From an uncultured Actinomycetota bacterium (lineage in GTDB: Bacteria; Actinomycetota; Actinomycetes; Actinomycetales; Dermatophilaceae): a stretch of 64,000 nucleotides of DNA. The notes under the pieces are model-generated. The model saw only the letters and a list, made by a program, of their open reading frames with translations. It was not told where the DNA came from and made no database searches. A program made the translations under genes and the position numbers. The stretch spans positions 1,191-65,190 of the forward strand of contig CAVRMT010000027.1 in assembly GCA_963722015.1 (NCBI GenBank), in the 5' to 3' direction. This document shows, piece after piece, positions 37,870 through 51,242 of this stretch; within the stretch, counting starts at the first letter, position 1; every line of letters begins with the position of its first letter.

Positions 37870-38229
37870 TCAGACCTGCTGGAACTCCACCCGGTTCCCG
37901 ACCGGGTCGTTCGTGTGGAAACGAAGCACGCCGGGGATCGCCTCGTCCCAGGTCACCGGTGCCCCGGCTGCGGCCACCGCGGCCGCAAGCGCCGCCACGT
38001 CGTCGGTGGCGATCGCCGGGTGCGCCTTGCGAGCGGGGACGAACCCGTCCTCGACGCCGCAGTGCAGCTCGTGGTCCCCCACCCGGAACCACACTCCTCC
38101 CCGCGCCGCGAGTGCTGGCGGCTTGGCGATCTCGGGCAGCCCGACGACGCCCGTGTAGAACCCGCGCAGCGCGTCCTCGCTCCCGGCCGGGCAGGCCAGC
38201 TGCACGTGGTGCAGGCCGAGGAGGCTCAT
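37870..38229 (-). CDS. VOC/glyoxalase family protein
   Basis: LHHVQLACP, RGGVWF, LHCGVE, PARKAHPA, DPVGNRVEF. Confidence 0.9.
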   Translation of the reverse strand: MSLLGLHHVQLACPAGSEDALRGFYTGVVGLPEIAKPPALAARGGVWFRVGDHELHCGVEDGFVPARKAHPAIATDDVAALAAAVAAAGAPVTWDEAIPGVLRFHTNDPVGNRVEFQQV

Positions 38230-39071
38230 GCCCGGCCGCCGGTGGTCGACCCCACCAACGGGGACCGGGCACCGGCCCGGTGCGCCACGGCGAACACCCG
38301 CCGGAACGGCAGGATCACGCCCACCGCGGTGCGTGGGTATGCCGCGCGGAGCCTGGCGCCGTAGTCGGCGAGGAATGCGGTGCGCTCCGCCTCGTCGGTG
38401 AGGGCTTCGAGGACCGGGCGCAGGCCCGTGCCGCGCACCCACTCCAGCACCGGGTCGTCCTGCTCGCCCGCCGGGTCGAGCACGTGCTGGTAGGTCGTCT
38501 CCCACCCGTCGACCACGCACCCGAGCAACCCGAGCTCGACGACGTACCGCGCCGGGTCGTGGACGGCGAGCCGGTTCAGGGCCGGCGCCAGCCGGTCTGC
38601 AGCAGGATGGTCGGCCGCGGCCTCCCGCATGAGCGCGTGCGACGGGGCGGCGTTGTTGCCGGGCACCTGCATCCCGAACCACCCGCCGGGGGCCAGCGCC
38701 TGCACCCAGCCCCGGACGAGGTCGAGGTGACCCGGCACCCACTGCAACGTGGCATTGGTGACGATGACGTCGGGGGCGGCTCCGAGCGAGGAGACGTCCC
38801 ACCCCGCGACGTCCGCCTCCACCCACTCGACCTCCCCGTCGACGTCGAGATCCCGCGCAGCCTCCAGCATCTGGGGTGAGTGGTCCACCCCCACGACCCG
38901 GGCCTCCGGCCAACGGTGTGCGAGGCCCAGCGTCAGCGGGCCGTTGCCACAGCCGAGGTCAACGACCAGACCGGGCGACGCGGCGCCGACCCGAGCCAAC
39001 AGGTCGGCGAACGGCCGAGACCGGTGGTCGGCGAACTTGGCGTACTGCGTCGGGTCCCAGTCGGTGCTCAT
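38226..39071 (-). CDS. tam: Trans-aconitate 2-methyltransferase
   Basis: WDPTQY..F.DHRSRPF.DLL, VDLGCGNG, NATLQWVPGH, QVPGN, GTGLRP, PFRRVFAVA. Confidence 0.92.
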   Translation of the reverse strand: MSTDWDPTQYAKFADHRSRPFADLLARVGAASPGLVVDLGCGNGPLTLGLAHRWPEARVVGVDHSPQMLEAARDLDVDGEVEWVEADVAGWDVSSLGAAPDVIVTNATLQWVPGHLDLVRGWVQALAPGGWFGMQVPGNNAAPSHALMREAAADHPAADRLAPALNRLAVHDPARYVVELGLLGCVVDGWETTYQHVLDPAGEQDDPVLEWVRGTGLRPVLEALTDEAERTAFLADYGARLRAAYPRTAVGVILPFRRVFAVAHRAGARSPLVGSTTGGRA

Positions 39072-39095
39072 GTCTCCCATGATGGCCTCATGTTG

Positions 39096-39124
39096 TCTTG
39101 ATATCAAGATACTTGATGAGAGGT
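39096..39124. promoter_or_regulatory. TamR-type operator: perfect palindrome TCTTGATATCAAGA plus a degenerate tandem site
   Basis: 14-bp palindrome at 39096-39109 between divergent tam and the MarR gene. Confidence 0.75.
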
Positions 39125-39136
39125 ACTCTTCTCCGC

Positions 39137-39658
39137 ATGAGTCCCACGGCTGCAGGACCCGTCGTGCCACCGGCCGACGACGTGGACCGCATCGTCGAGG
39201 CCTGGCACCGCGAGCGCCCCGACCTCGACGTCGCCCCGCTGCAGGTGTTCTCCAGGGTTTCGCGGCTGGCCCGCCGCCTCGACCTCGACCGGACCCAGGC
39301 CTTTGCGCAGCACCAGCTCGAGGGCTGGGAGTTCGACGTCCTCTCCGCACTGCGCCGCGCCGGTGACCCCTACGAGCTCTCCCCCGGCCAGCTGATCCGC
39401 CAGACCCTGGTCACCAGCGGCACCATGACCAACCGCGTCGACCGCCTCGAACGCCGCGGCCTGGTCGGCCGCAGCCCCGACCCCCACGACCGCCGAGGCG
39501 TCATCGTGCGCCTCACGCCCGAGGGCCAACAGGCGGTCGACGCCGCGATGGCCGACCTGCTCGACCGTGAACGCACGCTCCTGACCGAGCTGTCGGCCTC
39601 CGACCACGACCAGCTCGCCGCCATGCTGCGCCGGCTGCTGTCGCCGTTCGAGGTCTGA
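39137..39658 (+). CDS. tamR: MarR family regulator (TamR-type)
   Basis: DDVDRIVEAWHRERPDLD, WEFDVLSALRRAG.PY.LSPG, TSGTMTNRVDRL; divergent from tam. Confidence 0.85.
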   Translation: MSPTAAGPVVPPADDVDRIVEAWHRERPDLDVAPLQVFSRVSRLARRLDLDRTQAFAQHQLEGWEFDVLSALRRAGDPYELSPGQLIRQTLVTSGTMTNRVDRLERRGLVGRSPDPHDRRGVIVRLTPEGQQAVDAAMADLLDRERTLLTELSASDHDQLAAMLRRLLSPFEV

Positions 39659-39660
39659 GC

Positions 39661-41480
<1,820 letters not shown>

Positions 41481-41481
<1 letters not shown>

Positions 41482-42416
41482 CAGCCTGGCCGCGGTCCGC
41501 TGATCTCGTGGGCGCCGTGTGCCGGACCGGTCGCGCGGCGGACGTCCTGCACCGTCCCGGAGGCGGTGAGCGCCACGGCCAGGTCGATGGCAGCCTCGTT
41601 GTCCTCGACGACGAAGGCGACGGTGGGGCCGGAGCCGGACACCACGCCACCGAGCGCCCCGAACTCCAGCCCGGCGTCGAGGACGTCCCCGAGGTCCGGC
41701 CGCAGGGAGATCGCGGCCGCCTGGAGGTCGTTGCGCAGCGCCGCCCCCAGCGCCCGGGCGTCACCGGAACGCAGCGCCGTCATCATCTGCGGGCTGGGCG
41801 CAGGGTCCTCGACCGCCGCGTCCCCACGGAGCCGGTCGCACTCGGCGTAGACGGCCGGGGTGGACAACCCGGTCTCACTCAGGGCGAAGACCCAGTGGAA
41901 GCTGCCCCGCGCCAGCACCGGAGCGAGCACCTCCCCGCGACCGGACCCCATCGAGGTGCCGCCCGAGAGCAGGAACGGGACGTCGCTGCCCAGCTCGGCG
42001 GCGATCCGCTCGAGCTCGGTGCGTGGCAGGGCCAGCCCCCAGAGCCGGTCGCACGCGACCAGGGCGGCGGCGGCGTCGGCAGAGCCACCGGCCATACCGC
42101 CCATGACTGGGATGTCCTTGCGGATGCTCACGTGCACGGGGTCCTCGACCTCGGCGAGCTCGGCGAGCCGGCGAGCGGCCCGCAGGGCCAGGTTGCTCTC
42201 GTCGACGGGCACCCCCAGCGACTGCGGCCCGCAGACACCCACGCCCCAGTCGCCGGAGGAGACGACGGTGACCTCGTCGTACAGGGTGACGGCGTGGTAG
42301 ACCGTGGACAGCGGGTGGTAGCCGTCCTCACGGGGTGCGCCGACCAACAGCTCGAGGTTGACCTTGGCCGGGACCCGTACCGTCACCGACGACGGCATCA
42401 CGGCGGCAGAGGTCAT
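41481..42416 (-). CDS. ispE: 4-diphosphocytidyl-2-C-methyl-D-erythritol kinase
   Basis: VPAKVNL, DGYHPL, KDIPVMGGMAGGSADAAA, LGSDVPF, VSGSGPT. Confidence 0.96.
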
Positions 42417-42463
42417 GGGCGCAACCCTAACGGGGACGGGCAGACCGCGCGGATCCGCACATC

Positions 42464-42492
42464 TGCACAGAACCTCCACACCTTCTCCGCCG
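42464..42492 (+). promoter_or_regulatory. 11-bp-period direct repeats, possible OmpR-family box
   Basis: TGCACAGaaccTCCACACcttcTCCGCCG just upstream of the response regulator. Confidence 0.35.
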
Positions 42493-42525
42493 ACCCTCCC
42501 CCGTGGCCCTCCTACGCTCGTTGTC

Positions 42526-43212
42526 GTGAGCCACCCACCCCGTGTCCTGGTCGTCGAGGACGAGCCGACCATCGCTGAAGCCGTCACCGCACGCCTCGCG
42601 GCAGAGGGCTTCGACGTGCAGCAGGTGCACGACGGCCTGGTCGCGCTGGAGCGGGCGGCGGTCTGGGACCCGCAGGTCGTCGTGCTCGACGTCATGCTCC
42701 CCGGACTCGACGGGTTCGAGGTGTGCCGTCGGCTGCAGGCCACCCGCCCGGTCCCGGTCCTCATGCTCACCGCGCGCGACGACGAGACCGACCTGCTCGT
42801 CGGGCTGGGCATCGGCGCCGACGACTACATGACCAAGCCGTTCTCGATGCGCGAGCTCGTGGCCCGGCTGAGGGTGCTCCTGCGCCGGGTCGAGCGCGCC
42901 GCCGAGGCGCACTCGCCCGCCCCGACCGTCGCCGTGAACGGGCTGCGCATCGACGGGGCGCAGCGCCGGGTCTGGTCGAGCGAGGCGGAGGTCCACCTCA
43001 CGCCGACCGAGTTCGACCTGCTCGCCTGCCTCGCGGCCCGCCCGGGAACGGTGCTCAGCCGCGAAGCCCTCCTCGCCGAGGTGTGGGGCTGGGCCGACGC
43101 GTCCGGGACGCGCACCGTCGACAGCCACGTGAAGTCTTTGCGCCGCAAGCTCGGCGCCGAACGCGTGCGCACCGTGCACGGGGTGGGCTACGCCCTGGAG
43201 GCCGGCTCGTGA
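42526..43212 (+). CDS. OmpR-family response regulator
   Basis: VLVVEDE, LDVMLPGLDG, LTAR, GADDYMTKPF, LTPTEFDLL, RTVDSHV, TVHGVGY. Confidence 0.95.
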   Translation: MSHPPRVLVVEDEPTIAEAVTARLAAEGFDVQQVHDGLVALERAAVWDPQVVVLDVMLPGLDGFEVCRRLQATRPVPVLMLTARDDETDLLVGLGIGADDYMTKPFSMRELVARLRVLLRRVERAAEAHSPAPTVAVNGLRIDGAQRRVWSSEAEVHLTPTEFDLLACLAARPGTVLSREALLAEVWGWADASGTRTVDSHVKSLRRKLGAERVRTVHGVGYALEAGS

Positions 43213-44282
43213 ACTACGACCTGCGCCCGCTGGACCGGGCTCGCTCCATCAAGACCAAGCTCGGCCTGCTGGTCGCGGTGACGGTCACGGTGGCGTCCGT
43301 GCTGGCCGTGGTCGGGACCCGCCTCGGCCTGTCGCCGTGGGCCACGGTGCCCGTGACCGTCGCCGCCGCCCTCGGGGTCACCCAGCTCCTGGCGCGCGGC
43401 ATGACCTCACCGCTGCGGGAGATGACCGTGGCGGCGCAGCGGATGGCGCACGGCGACCACTCCCAGCGCGTCCGCGCCACCTCCAGGGACGAGGTGGGTG
43501 AGCTGGCCCGGGCCTTCAACCGGATGTCCGCCACCCTCGAACAGGTCGACCGGCACCGGCGCGACCTGGTCGCCAACGTCTCCCACGAGCTGCGGACGCC
43601 GATCACGGCGCTGCAGGCGGTGCTGGAGAACCTCGCCGACGGGGTGTCGCAGCCCGGCCCCGAAGAGCTGCGCTCCGCCCTGGCCCAGACCGAGCGCCTC
43701 GGCCGGCTCGTCGCCGACCTGTTGGACCTGTCCCGCGTCGAGGAGGGCGTGACCCCGCTGGACGTCACGCAGGTGCACCTCGGTGACCTGCTCGGCGAAG
43801 CGGTCGCCCAGGCACGGGTCGGTTCGCTGCGGTACTCGGTGGTGGTCACCCCGCCCGGGCTGACCGTCTCCGCCGACCCCGACCGGCTCCACCAGCTGCT
43901 CGCCAACCTGCTCGACAACGCGGCCCGCCACAGCCCGGCCGACGGCGAGATCCGGGTGGCCGCCTCCCGCCACGGCGACCAGGTCCGCCTCGACGTCGCC
44001 GACGACGGCCCGGGGATCGCACCGGCCGAGCGGGACCAGGTCTTCGAGAGGTTCACGACCAGTACCGCCCAGGACAGCGGCACCGGGCTCGGGCTGGCCA
44101 TCTCGCGCTGGGTCGCCCAGCTCCACGGCGGCTCCATCGCCGTCGCCGACAGCGACCGCGGGTGCCGCATCCAGGTCGTGCTCCCCGCCGCCCCCAACCG
44201 CCCGCCCACCAGCGACGAGCCGGTCCTGAGCACCCCGACCCCACCAGCCGCGTCGCAGCCACACCAGAGGAACCCGTCATGA
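43209..44282 (+). CDS. HAMP sensor histidine kinase
   Basis: Two TM, HAMP (DEVGELARAFNRM), VSHELRTP, NLLDNA, DDGPGI, GTGLGL. Confidence 0.95.
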   Translation: MNYDLRPLDRARSIKTKLGLLVAVTVTVASVLAVVGTRLGLSPWATVPVTVAAALGVTQLLARGMTSPLREMTVAAQRMAHGDHSQRVRATSRDEVGELARAFNRMSATLEQVDRHRRDLVANVSHELRTPITALQAVLENLADGVSQPGPEELRSALAQTERLGRLVADLLDLSRVEEGVTPLDVTQVHLGDLLGEAVAQARVGSLRYSVVVTPPGLTVSADPDRLHQLLANLLDNAARHSPADGEIRVAASRHGDQVRLDVADDGPGIAPAERDQVFERFTTSTAQDSGTGLGLAISRWVAQLHGGSIAVADSDRGCRIQVVLPAAPNRPPTSDEPVLSTPTPPAASQPHQRNPS

Positions 44283-45790
44283 GCACCCTGACCTCGCCCA
44301 CCCCGTCCCCACCGCCCCCGTCGGGTCCGGTCCGCACCACGGTCGCGTCATTCTGGCCGGACGCCCAGGGCCGCCAGACCGGGCTGGTCGCCGCGGCCTG
44401 CGTGGCCGGCCTCCTCGCCGCGCTGGTGCTGCCCGACCACCGCCTCGGAGTCGGCACCGCACTGGTCCTGGCCGCCATCTGCGGCACCGTCCTGGCAGCG
44501 CGCGCCCGCGGCACCGGGCGTCGCTGGACCCGGTCGGACCATGTCGACGCCGCCCTGGTGGCGGTGCTGCTGCTCACCCCGGTCCTGCGGGACGCCGCCT
44601 GGATCACGGTGCTGTGCCTGCTGGCAGCCCTGGGCCTGGTCGCCGTGGGCTCCACGAGGGCCACCTCGGTCCTCGGCACCCTCGGTTCGGCCGCCGCGGT
44701 CCCGCTCGCCGCCTTCCGCGGACTGCCCTGGCTCGGGCGCACCCTCCGGCCGCGGGGCGGGGCCCAGAGCTGGCTCCCGGCCGTGCGCACCGCGCTGCTG
44801 TCGGTGGTGCTGCTGCTGGTCTTCGGTGCGCTCTTCGCCTCCGCCGACGCCCTGTTCGCGAGCTGGGTGGACGCGATCACCCCCGACATCACCTGGAACG
44901 ACCTCCCGGCCCGGACCGTGCTGGGCCTCTTCGTCACGGCCGGCACCCTCGCAGCCGCCTACGTCGCGCTGACGCCGCCAGCAGTCGACCGGCTCCAGGG
45001 CCGCCTGCGCCCCAGCCGGCGGGACTTCGAGTGGCTGGTCCCCGTCGCGGTCGTCAACGCCGTGTTCGTCGCCTTCCTGGGGGCCCGGGCGACAGCGCTG
45101 TTCGGTGGCCACGACCACCTCCGGCGGACGGCGGGGCTGACCTACGCCGACTCGGTGCACGACGGCTTCGGCCAGCTCACGACCGCCACGGTGCTCACCC
45201 TGACCGTGGTCGCCTGGGCCAACCACAAGGCCGAGCGCTCTCGCCGACGCGACGTGGCCCTGGGCGCCCTGTGCGTCATGACCCTCGTCGTGGTCGTCTC
45301 CGCGCTCCACCGGATGCGCCTGTACGAGGAGGCGTACGGGTTCACCCGGCTGCGCCTGCTCGTCTCGGTGTTCGAGGGCTGGCTCGGGGTGGTCCTGGTG
45401 CTGGTGCTCGTGGCCGGCGTCGTGGGCGGTCGACGCTGGCTCGTCCCGCTCGCCGTCCGTGCAGGAGCCGTGGGCCTGCTCGGGCTGGCCCTGGTCAACC
45501 CCGACCTGTACATCGCCGAGCACAACATCGCCCGCGGCGGCGCGGCGGCCGGCGTCGACCTGGCGTACCTCGGGACCTTGTCCGCCGACGCCTGGCCCGC
45601 CCTCGCCGCCCTGCCTGCGGACGACTTCGCCTGCGCGACGCGCGACCTGTCCATCCCGGACGGCGACACCGCGGTGGAGTGGAACCGTGCCCGGGCCCGC
45701 GCGCGCGAGCTGATGGCGCAGCGACCGCCCACCGGATCGGCGCTCGGCGACGACCTCGACGCCGCCCGGGCGGGGTGCCACGGCTCCTGA
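44279..45790 (+). CDS. DUF4153/DUF4173 membrane protein
   Basis: VFGALFASADALFA, LFGGHD..GLTYA....GFGQL, RMRLYEEAYGFTRLRL, DLAYL..LSADA. Confidence 0.85.
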   Translation: MSTLTSPTPSPPPPSGPVRTTVASFWPDAQGRQTGLVAAACVAGLLAALVLPDHRLGVGTALVLAAICGTVLAARARGTGRRWTRSDHVDAALVAVLLLTPVLRDAAWITVLCLLAALGLVAVGSTRATSVLGTLGSAAAVPLAAFRGLPWLGRTLRPRGGAQSWLPAVRTALLSVVLLLVFGALFASADALFASWVDAITPDITWNDLPARTVLGLFVTAGTLAAAYVALTPPAVDRLQGRLRPSRRDFEWLVPVAVVNAVFVAFLGARATALFGGHDHLRRTAGLTYADSVHDGFGQLTTATVLTLTVVAWANHKAERSRRRDVALGALCVMTLVVVVSALHRMRLYEEAYGFTRLRLLVSVFEGWLGVVLVLVLVAGVVGGRRWLVPLAVRAGAVGLLGLALVNPDLYIAEHNIARGGAAAGVDLAYLGTLSADAWPALAALPADDFACATRDLSIPDGDTAVEWNRARARARELMAQRPPTGSALGDDLDAARAGCHGS

Positions 45791-45816
45791 CCGCGGTGCG
45801 GCACCCGGTCCAGCGC

Positions 45817-46683
45817 TCAGCCGCCGAGGGAGGAGCGGGCGGCCGCGATCGCCGCGAACTGCTCGATGCCGAGCTGCTCGCCCCGCGTGCGGGGGTCGAT
45901 CCCTGCTGCGCGCAGGCACTCCTCAGCCCGAGGTGCCGAACCCGCCCAGCCGGCCAGGGCCGCCCGCAGCGTCTTGCGGCGCTGGGCGAAGGCCGCGTCG
46001 ATGCAGCTGAAGGTGTCCTGACGGGTGGCCTGCGTCGACGGTGCCGCCCGCCGCTCCAGCAGCACCAGCCCCGACTCGACGTTCGGCACCGGCCAGAACA
46101 CGCTGCGCGGCACCGTCCCCGCGAGGCGCACGGCGGCATACCAGCCGGCCTTGACGCTCGGCACCCCGTAGGCCTTGGAACCCGGGGTCGCGGCAAGGCG
46201 CTCGGCGACCTCGAGCTGCACCATGACGAGCACCCGTTCGAGGGTCGGGAACGCCTCGAGGAAGTTCAGCACCACGGGCACCGACACGTTGTAGGGCAGG
46301 TTCGCGACCAGGGCCGTCGGCTGCGGGTCGGGCAGCTCACGCACCTGCATGGCGTCCGCGTGCACGAGGGTGAGCCGGTCGGCGTAGGCCGGTGCGAGCC
46401 GACGCACCGTGCCCGGCAGCGCCTGCGCGAGCGCCGGGTCCACCTCCACGGCGACCACGTGGCCCACCTCGGGCAGCAACGCCAGGGTGAGCGAGCCGAG
46501 CCCCGGTCCGACCTCGACCACCACGTCGTCCGGGCCGACCCCGGCGAGGCGCACGATGCGCTTGACCGTGTTGGCGTCGATGACGAAGTTCTGGCCCCAC
46601 GTCTTGGTCGGCCGCAGCCCCAGCCCGGCGGCGATCTCGCGGATCTGGCCGGCGCCGAGGAACCCGCTGGTCTGCTCCGCCAT
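45817..46683 (-). CDS. rsmA: 16S rRNA m6(2)A1518/1519 dimethyltransferase KsgA
   Basis: [54 protein letters not shown]. Confidence 0.97.
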   Translation of the reverse strand: MAEQTSGFLGAGQIREIAAGLGLRPTKTWGQNFVIDANTVKRIVRLAGVGPDDVVVEVGPGLGSLTLALLPEVGHVVAVEVDPALAQALPGTVRRLAPAYADRLTLVHADAMQVRELPDPQPTALVANLPYNVSVPVVLNFLEAFPTLERVLVMVQLEVAERLAATPGSKAYGVPSVKAGWYAAVRLAGTVPRSVFWPVPNVESGLVLLERRAAPSTQATRQDTFSCIDAAFAQRRKTLRAALAGWAGSAPRAEECLRAAGIDPRTRGEQLGIEQFAAIAAARSSLGG

Positions 46684-46747
46684 GCGGAGAACTCTAGGGG
46701 AGGCGACCACCGGTCCCGGACACGACGAGGACGCCCGTCGGGGCGCA

Positions 46748-46786
46748 CGACAGCGCCCCCGACCACAGGGGTCGGGGGCGCTGTCG
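46748..46786. terminator. GC-rich hairpin between rpfB and rsmA
   Basis: GACAGCGCCCCCGACC-acagg-GGTCGGGGGCGCTGTC. Confidence 0.6.
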
Positions 46787-46817
46787 GGTCGCGGCGCGTC
46801 AGCTGCCGCGTGAAGGG

Positions 46818-48188
<1,371 letters not shown>

Positions 48189-48270
48189 TCATGCTTTCGC
48201 CAAGGCCCTGCGCCTCAGGAGTCACACCGGTAACGCATCGGGTCGGCTCGGGATGCGGGCCCATCCGCGC

Positions 48271-49143
48271 TCACCAGGGTCCGTAGACCGCCTCCGAGGT
48301 GTCACTGAGGGCCTGGCACAACGTCGGCACCGCGACCCCGAGGACCCCCGCCATGGAGCGGACCGTGTGGGGCACCAGGTAGGGGGCGTTGGTCGCCCCT
48401 CGCCATGGGACCGGGGTCAGGTAGGGCGCGTCCGTCTCGACCAGGAGCCGGTCCAGCGGGGTCACCGCGAGGGCGTCGCGCAGACCCTTGGCGTTCTTGA
48501 ACGTGACGGTCCCGGCGAAGGACAGGTAGTACCCGCGGTCGGCGCACTCCCGCGCCATACCCATGTCACCGGAGAAGCAGTGCAGCACCGTCTTCTCGGG
48601 TGCCCCCTCCTCGGCCAGGATGCGCAGCACGTCATCGTGGGCGTCGCGGTCGTGGATCTGCAGGGCCTTGCCGGTCCGCTTCGCGAGGTCGATGTGCCAT
48701 CGGAACGAATCCTGTTGCACCCCAACCCCTTCCGGACCGGTGCGGTAGTAGTCCAACCCCGTCTCGCCGATGACCCGGATGCGGGGGTGGGCGGCCAGCC
48801 GTTCGATCTCGTCGTACGCGGCGCGCAGCTCCCCCGCCCCGGCGAGGCGGGGCGCCTCGTTGGGGTGCAGGGCCACCCCACCGAGCACCGCCCGGTGCTG
48901 GTCGACGACCTCGACGGTGAAGCGGGCCGCCGGCAGGTCGCAGCCGATCTGGACCATCCGGTCGACCCCCACCGCCGCCGCCTGGGCCACCGCGGCAGCG
49001 ACGTCGGGGGCGTCCTGGCCGTCCCTGGCGATGTCGAGGTGGGTGTGGTTGTCCACCACCGAGATGGGCAGCGGGTCGGGCGCCGTCGGCACCCGCCCGG
49101 GACCGCTGCGGGCGGCGGAGGTGGAGCCCTGGTCGGGGGTCAT
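48271..49143 (-). CDS. tatD: TatD family hydrolase
   Basis: DNHTHLD, ALHPNE, IGETGLDY, IHDRDAH, LHCFSG, ETDAPYLTP. Confidence 0.95.
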   Translation of the reverse strand: MTPDQGSTSAARSGPGRVPTAPDPLPISVVDNHTHLDIARDGQDAPDVAAAVAQAAAVGVDRMVQIGCDLPAARFTVEVVDQHRAVLGGVALHPNEAPRLAGAGELRAAYDEIERLAAHPRIRVIGETGLDYYRTGPEGVGVQQDSFRWHIDLAKRTGKALQIHDRDAHDDVLRILAEEGAPEKTVLHCFSGDMGMARECADRGYYLSFAGTVTFKNAKGLRDALAVTPLDRLLVETDAPYLTPVPWRGATNAPYLVPHTVRSMAGVLGVAVPTLCQALSDTSEAVYGPW

Positions 49144-49157
49144 GCCGTTGGACCCGG

Positions 49158-50960
49158 TCAGCCCTGCTCGAGCCGGCCGAGCTCGTCGGCGACGACGGAC
49201 TCGTCCAGCTTGGTGAAGATGGGTGTGGGCTTCGCCACACCTGCCCCGACACGCACCGGACGGGACTCCCAGCGGGGGGTGGCGGTGTACTCCCCCGTGA
49301 CCACCGGGTAGCTGCGACCCTCGTCCCCGGCATCGAGGCCGGGCACCTCCTGCACCGCCGGCATGGGCATGAACTCGCCCTCGCCCCCGATCGCCAGGTG
49401 GACCGCGTTCGAGGAGCTCGGCAGGAACGGGCTCAGCACCGTGTTGAGGTCGCTGACGCACTGGATGAGGGTGTGCAGCACGGTGGCGAGGCGCTCGCGC
49501 TGGTCCTCGCCCTTGAGCTTGAACGGCTCGGTGTCGGTCACGTACTTGTTCACCTCACCGACGGTGCGCATCGCCTCGGCGACAGCCGCCTTGATCCGCT
49601 GGCGCGCCAGCAGGTCACCCACCGCCTCGAAGGACGCCAGCACCTTGGCCCGCACCGCCTCGTCCACCGGCTCCAGGGGACCCGGCTGCGGGATCTCGCC
49701 GAAGCTCTTGGCGACCATGGCGGCGGTGCGGTTGACCAGGTTGCCCCAGCCGGCGACCAGCTCGGAGTTGTTGCGCTGGACGAACTCGGCCCAGGTGAAG
49801 TTGGAGTCCTGGTTCTCCGGGCCGGCGGCACAGATGAAGTACCGGATCGCGTCCGGGCCGTAGCGCTCGAGCACGTCACGGATGTGGATGACGAACCCGC
49901 GCGAGGTGGAGAACTGCTTGCCCTCCATCGTCAGGTACTCGCTGGAGACCACCTCGGTGGGCAGGTTCAGCTCCCCGAACGCGCCGGCCTCGCCCCCCTT
50001 GTCGCCGCGACCGGCATACGCCAGGAGCTCGGCCGGCCAGATCTGGGAGTGGAAGGTGATGTTGTCCTTGCCCATGAAGTAGTAGGACACGGCCTGCGGG
50101 TCGTTCCACCACTCGCGCCAGCGCTCGGGCTCGCCGAGACGCCGTGCCCACTCGACCGAGGCCGACAGGTAGCCGATGACGGCGTCGAACCAGACGTAGA
50201 GGCGCTTGGTCGGCTGGTCGCTCCAGCCCTCGAGCGGCACGGGGATGCCCCAGTCGATGTCCCGCGTCATGGCACGCGGCCGGATGTCGTCGAGGATGTT
50301 GAGGCTGAACTTGATGACGTTGGGACGCCAGGTGCCCGACGCCTCGCGGCCCTCGAGCCACTCGCGCAGGGAGTCCGCGAGCGCCGGCAGGTCGAGGAAG
50401 AAGTGCTGGGTCTCGATGAACTCCGGGGTCTCGCCGTTGACCTTCGACCGCGGGTCGATGAGCTCGGTCGGGTCGAGCTGGTTGCCGCAGTTGTCGCACT
50501 GGTCGCCGCGGGCCTCGGGGTAGGAGCAGATGGGGCAGGTGCCCTCGATGTAGCGGTCGGGCAGCGTGCGCCTGGTCGACGGCGAGATGGCGCCCCGCGT
50601 CGTCTGCTCCACCATGTAGCCGTTCTTCCAGACCTGCGTGAACAGCTCCTGGGCGACGGCGTAGTGGTTGGCCGTGGTGGTGCGGGTGTAGAGGTCGTAG
50701 GAGCAACCGAGGTCGGCCAGCTCGTGGGCGATGATCGCGTGGTTGCGGTCGACGAGCTCGCGGGCACTCACGCCCTGCTGGTCGGCCAGCACCAGGATCG
50801 GGGTCCCGTGCTCGTCCGAGCCACTGACCATGAGCACGTCGTGGCCGGCCATCCGCATGTAGCGGCTGAACACGTCGGACGGCACGGCGAACCCGGCCAC
50901 GTGCCCGAGATGCCTCGGGCCGTTGGCGTAGGGCCAGGCGACGGCGGACAGGACCTTCAT
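49158..50960 (-). CDS. metG: Methionine--tRNA ligase
   Basis: [22 protein letters not shown], Zn knuckle, [25 protein letters not shown]. Confidence 0.98.
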   Translation of the reverse strand: MKVLSAVAWPYANGPRHLGHVAGFAVPSDVFSRYMRMAGHDVLMVSGSDEHGTPILVLADQQGVSARELVDRNHAIIAHELADLGCSYDLYTRTTTANHYAVAQELFTQVWKNGYMVEQTTRGAISPSTRRTLPDRYIEGTCPICSYPEARGDQCDNCGNQLDPTELIDPRSKVNGETPEFIETQHFFLDLPALADSLREWLEGREASGTWRPNVIKFSLNILDDIRPRAMTRDIDWGIPVPLEGWSDQPTKRLYVWFDAVIGYLSASVEWARRLGEPERWREWWNDPQAVSYYFMGKDNITFHSQIWPAELLAYAGRGDKGGEAGAFGELNLPTEVVSSEYLTMEGKQFSTSRGFVIHIRDVLERYGPDAIRYFICAAGPENQDSNFTWAEFVQRNNSELVAGWGNLVNRTAAMVAKSFGEIPQPGPLEPVDEAVRAKVLASFEAVGDLLARQRIKAAVAEAMRTVGEVNKYVTDTEPFKLKGEDQRERLATVLHTLIQCVSDLNTVLSPFLPSSSNAVHLAIGGEGEFMPMPAVQEVPGLDAGDEGRSYPVVTGEYTATPRWESRPVRVGAGVAKPTPIFTKLDESVVADELGRLEQG

Positions 50961-51242
50961 GCGGCGAGCGCCTGGGTCCCCGGACGGCGCAGGAGCGGGG
51001 CCGGGAGGGCGCGGGAGCATGAGACGACGGTTGCGGTGCTCACACGCCGAATCCTAGGGGGCGGGGACCGCGGGCCCCGGGGCAGGCACAGACCTCGTCC
51101 CGGGGCGCCCGCCGCGCCGGACCGCTCGGACCGGCCCGTCCGAGCAGCCGAAGTTTGCCGGTTATGCCGCACTTCGGCGGGACGCAGGACCTACTGTGAC
51201 CCCGTGCGGCGGGGAGATGCCGCCTTTCCAGAGAGAAGAGAC

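Noticed and set aside
49398-51242. N-terminal 615 aa of the 1028-aa ORF
   Set aside because: Antisense shadow of metG; the real CWB2 protein starts at ATG 51243.
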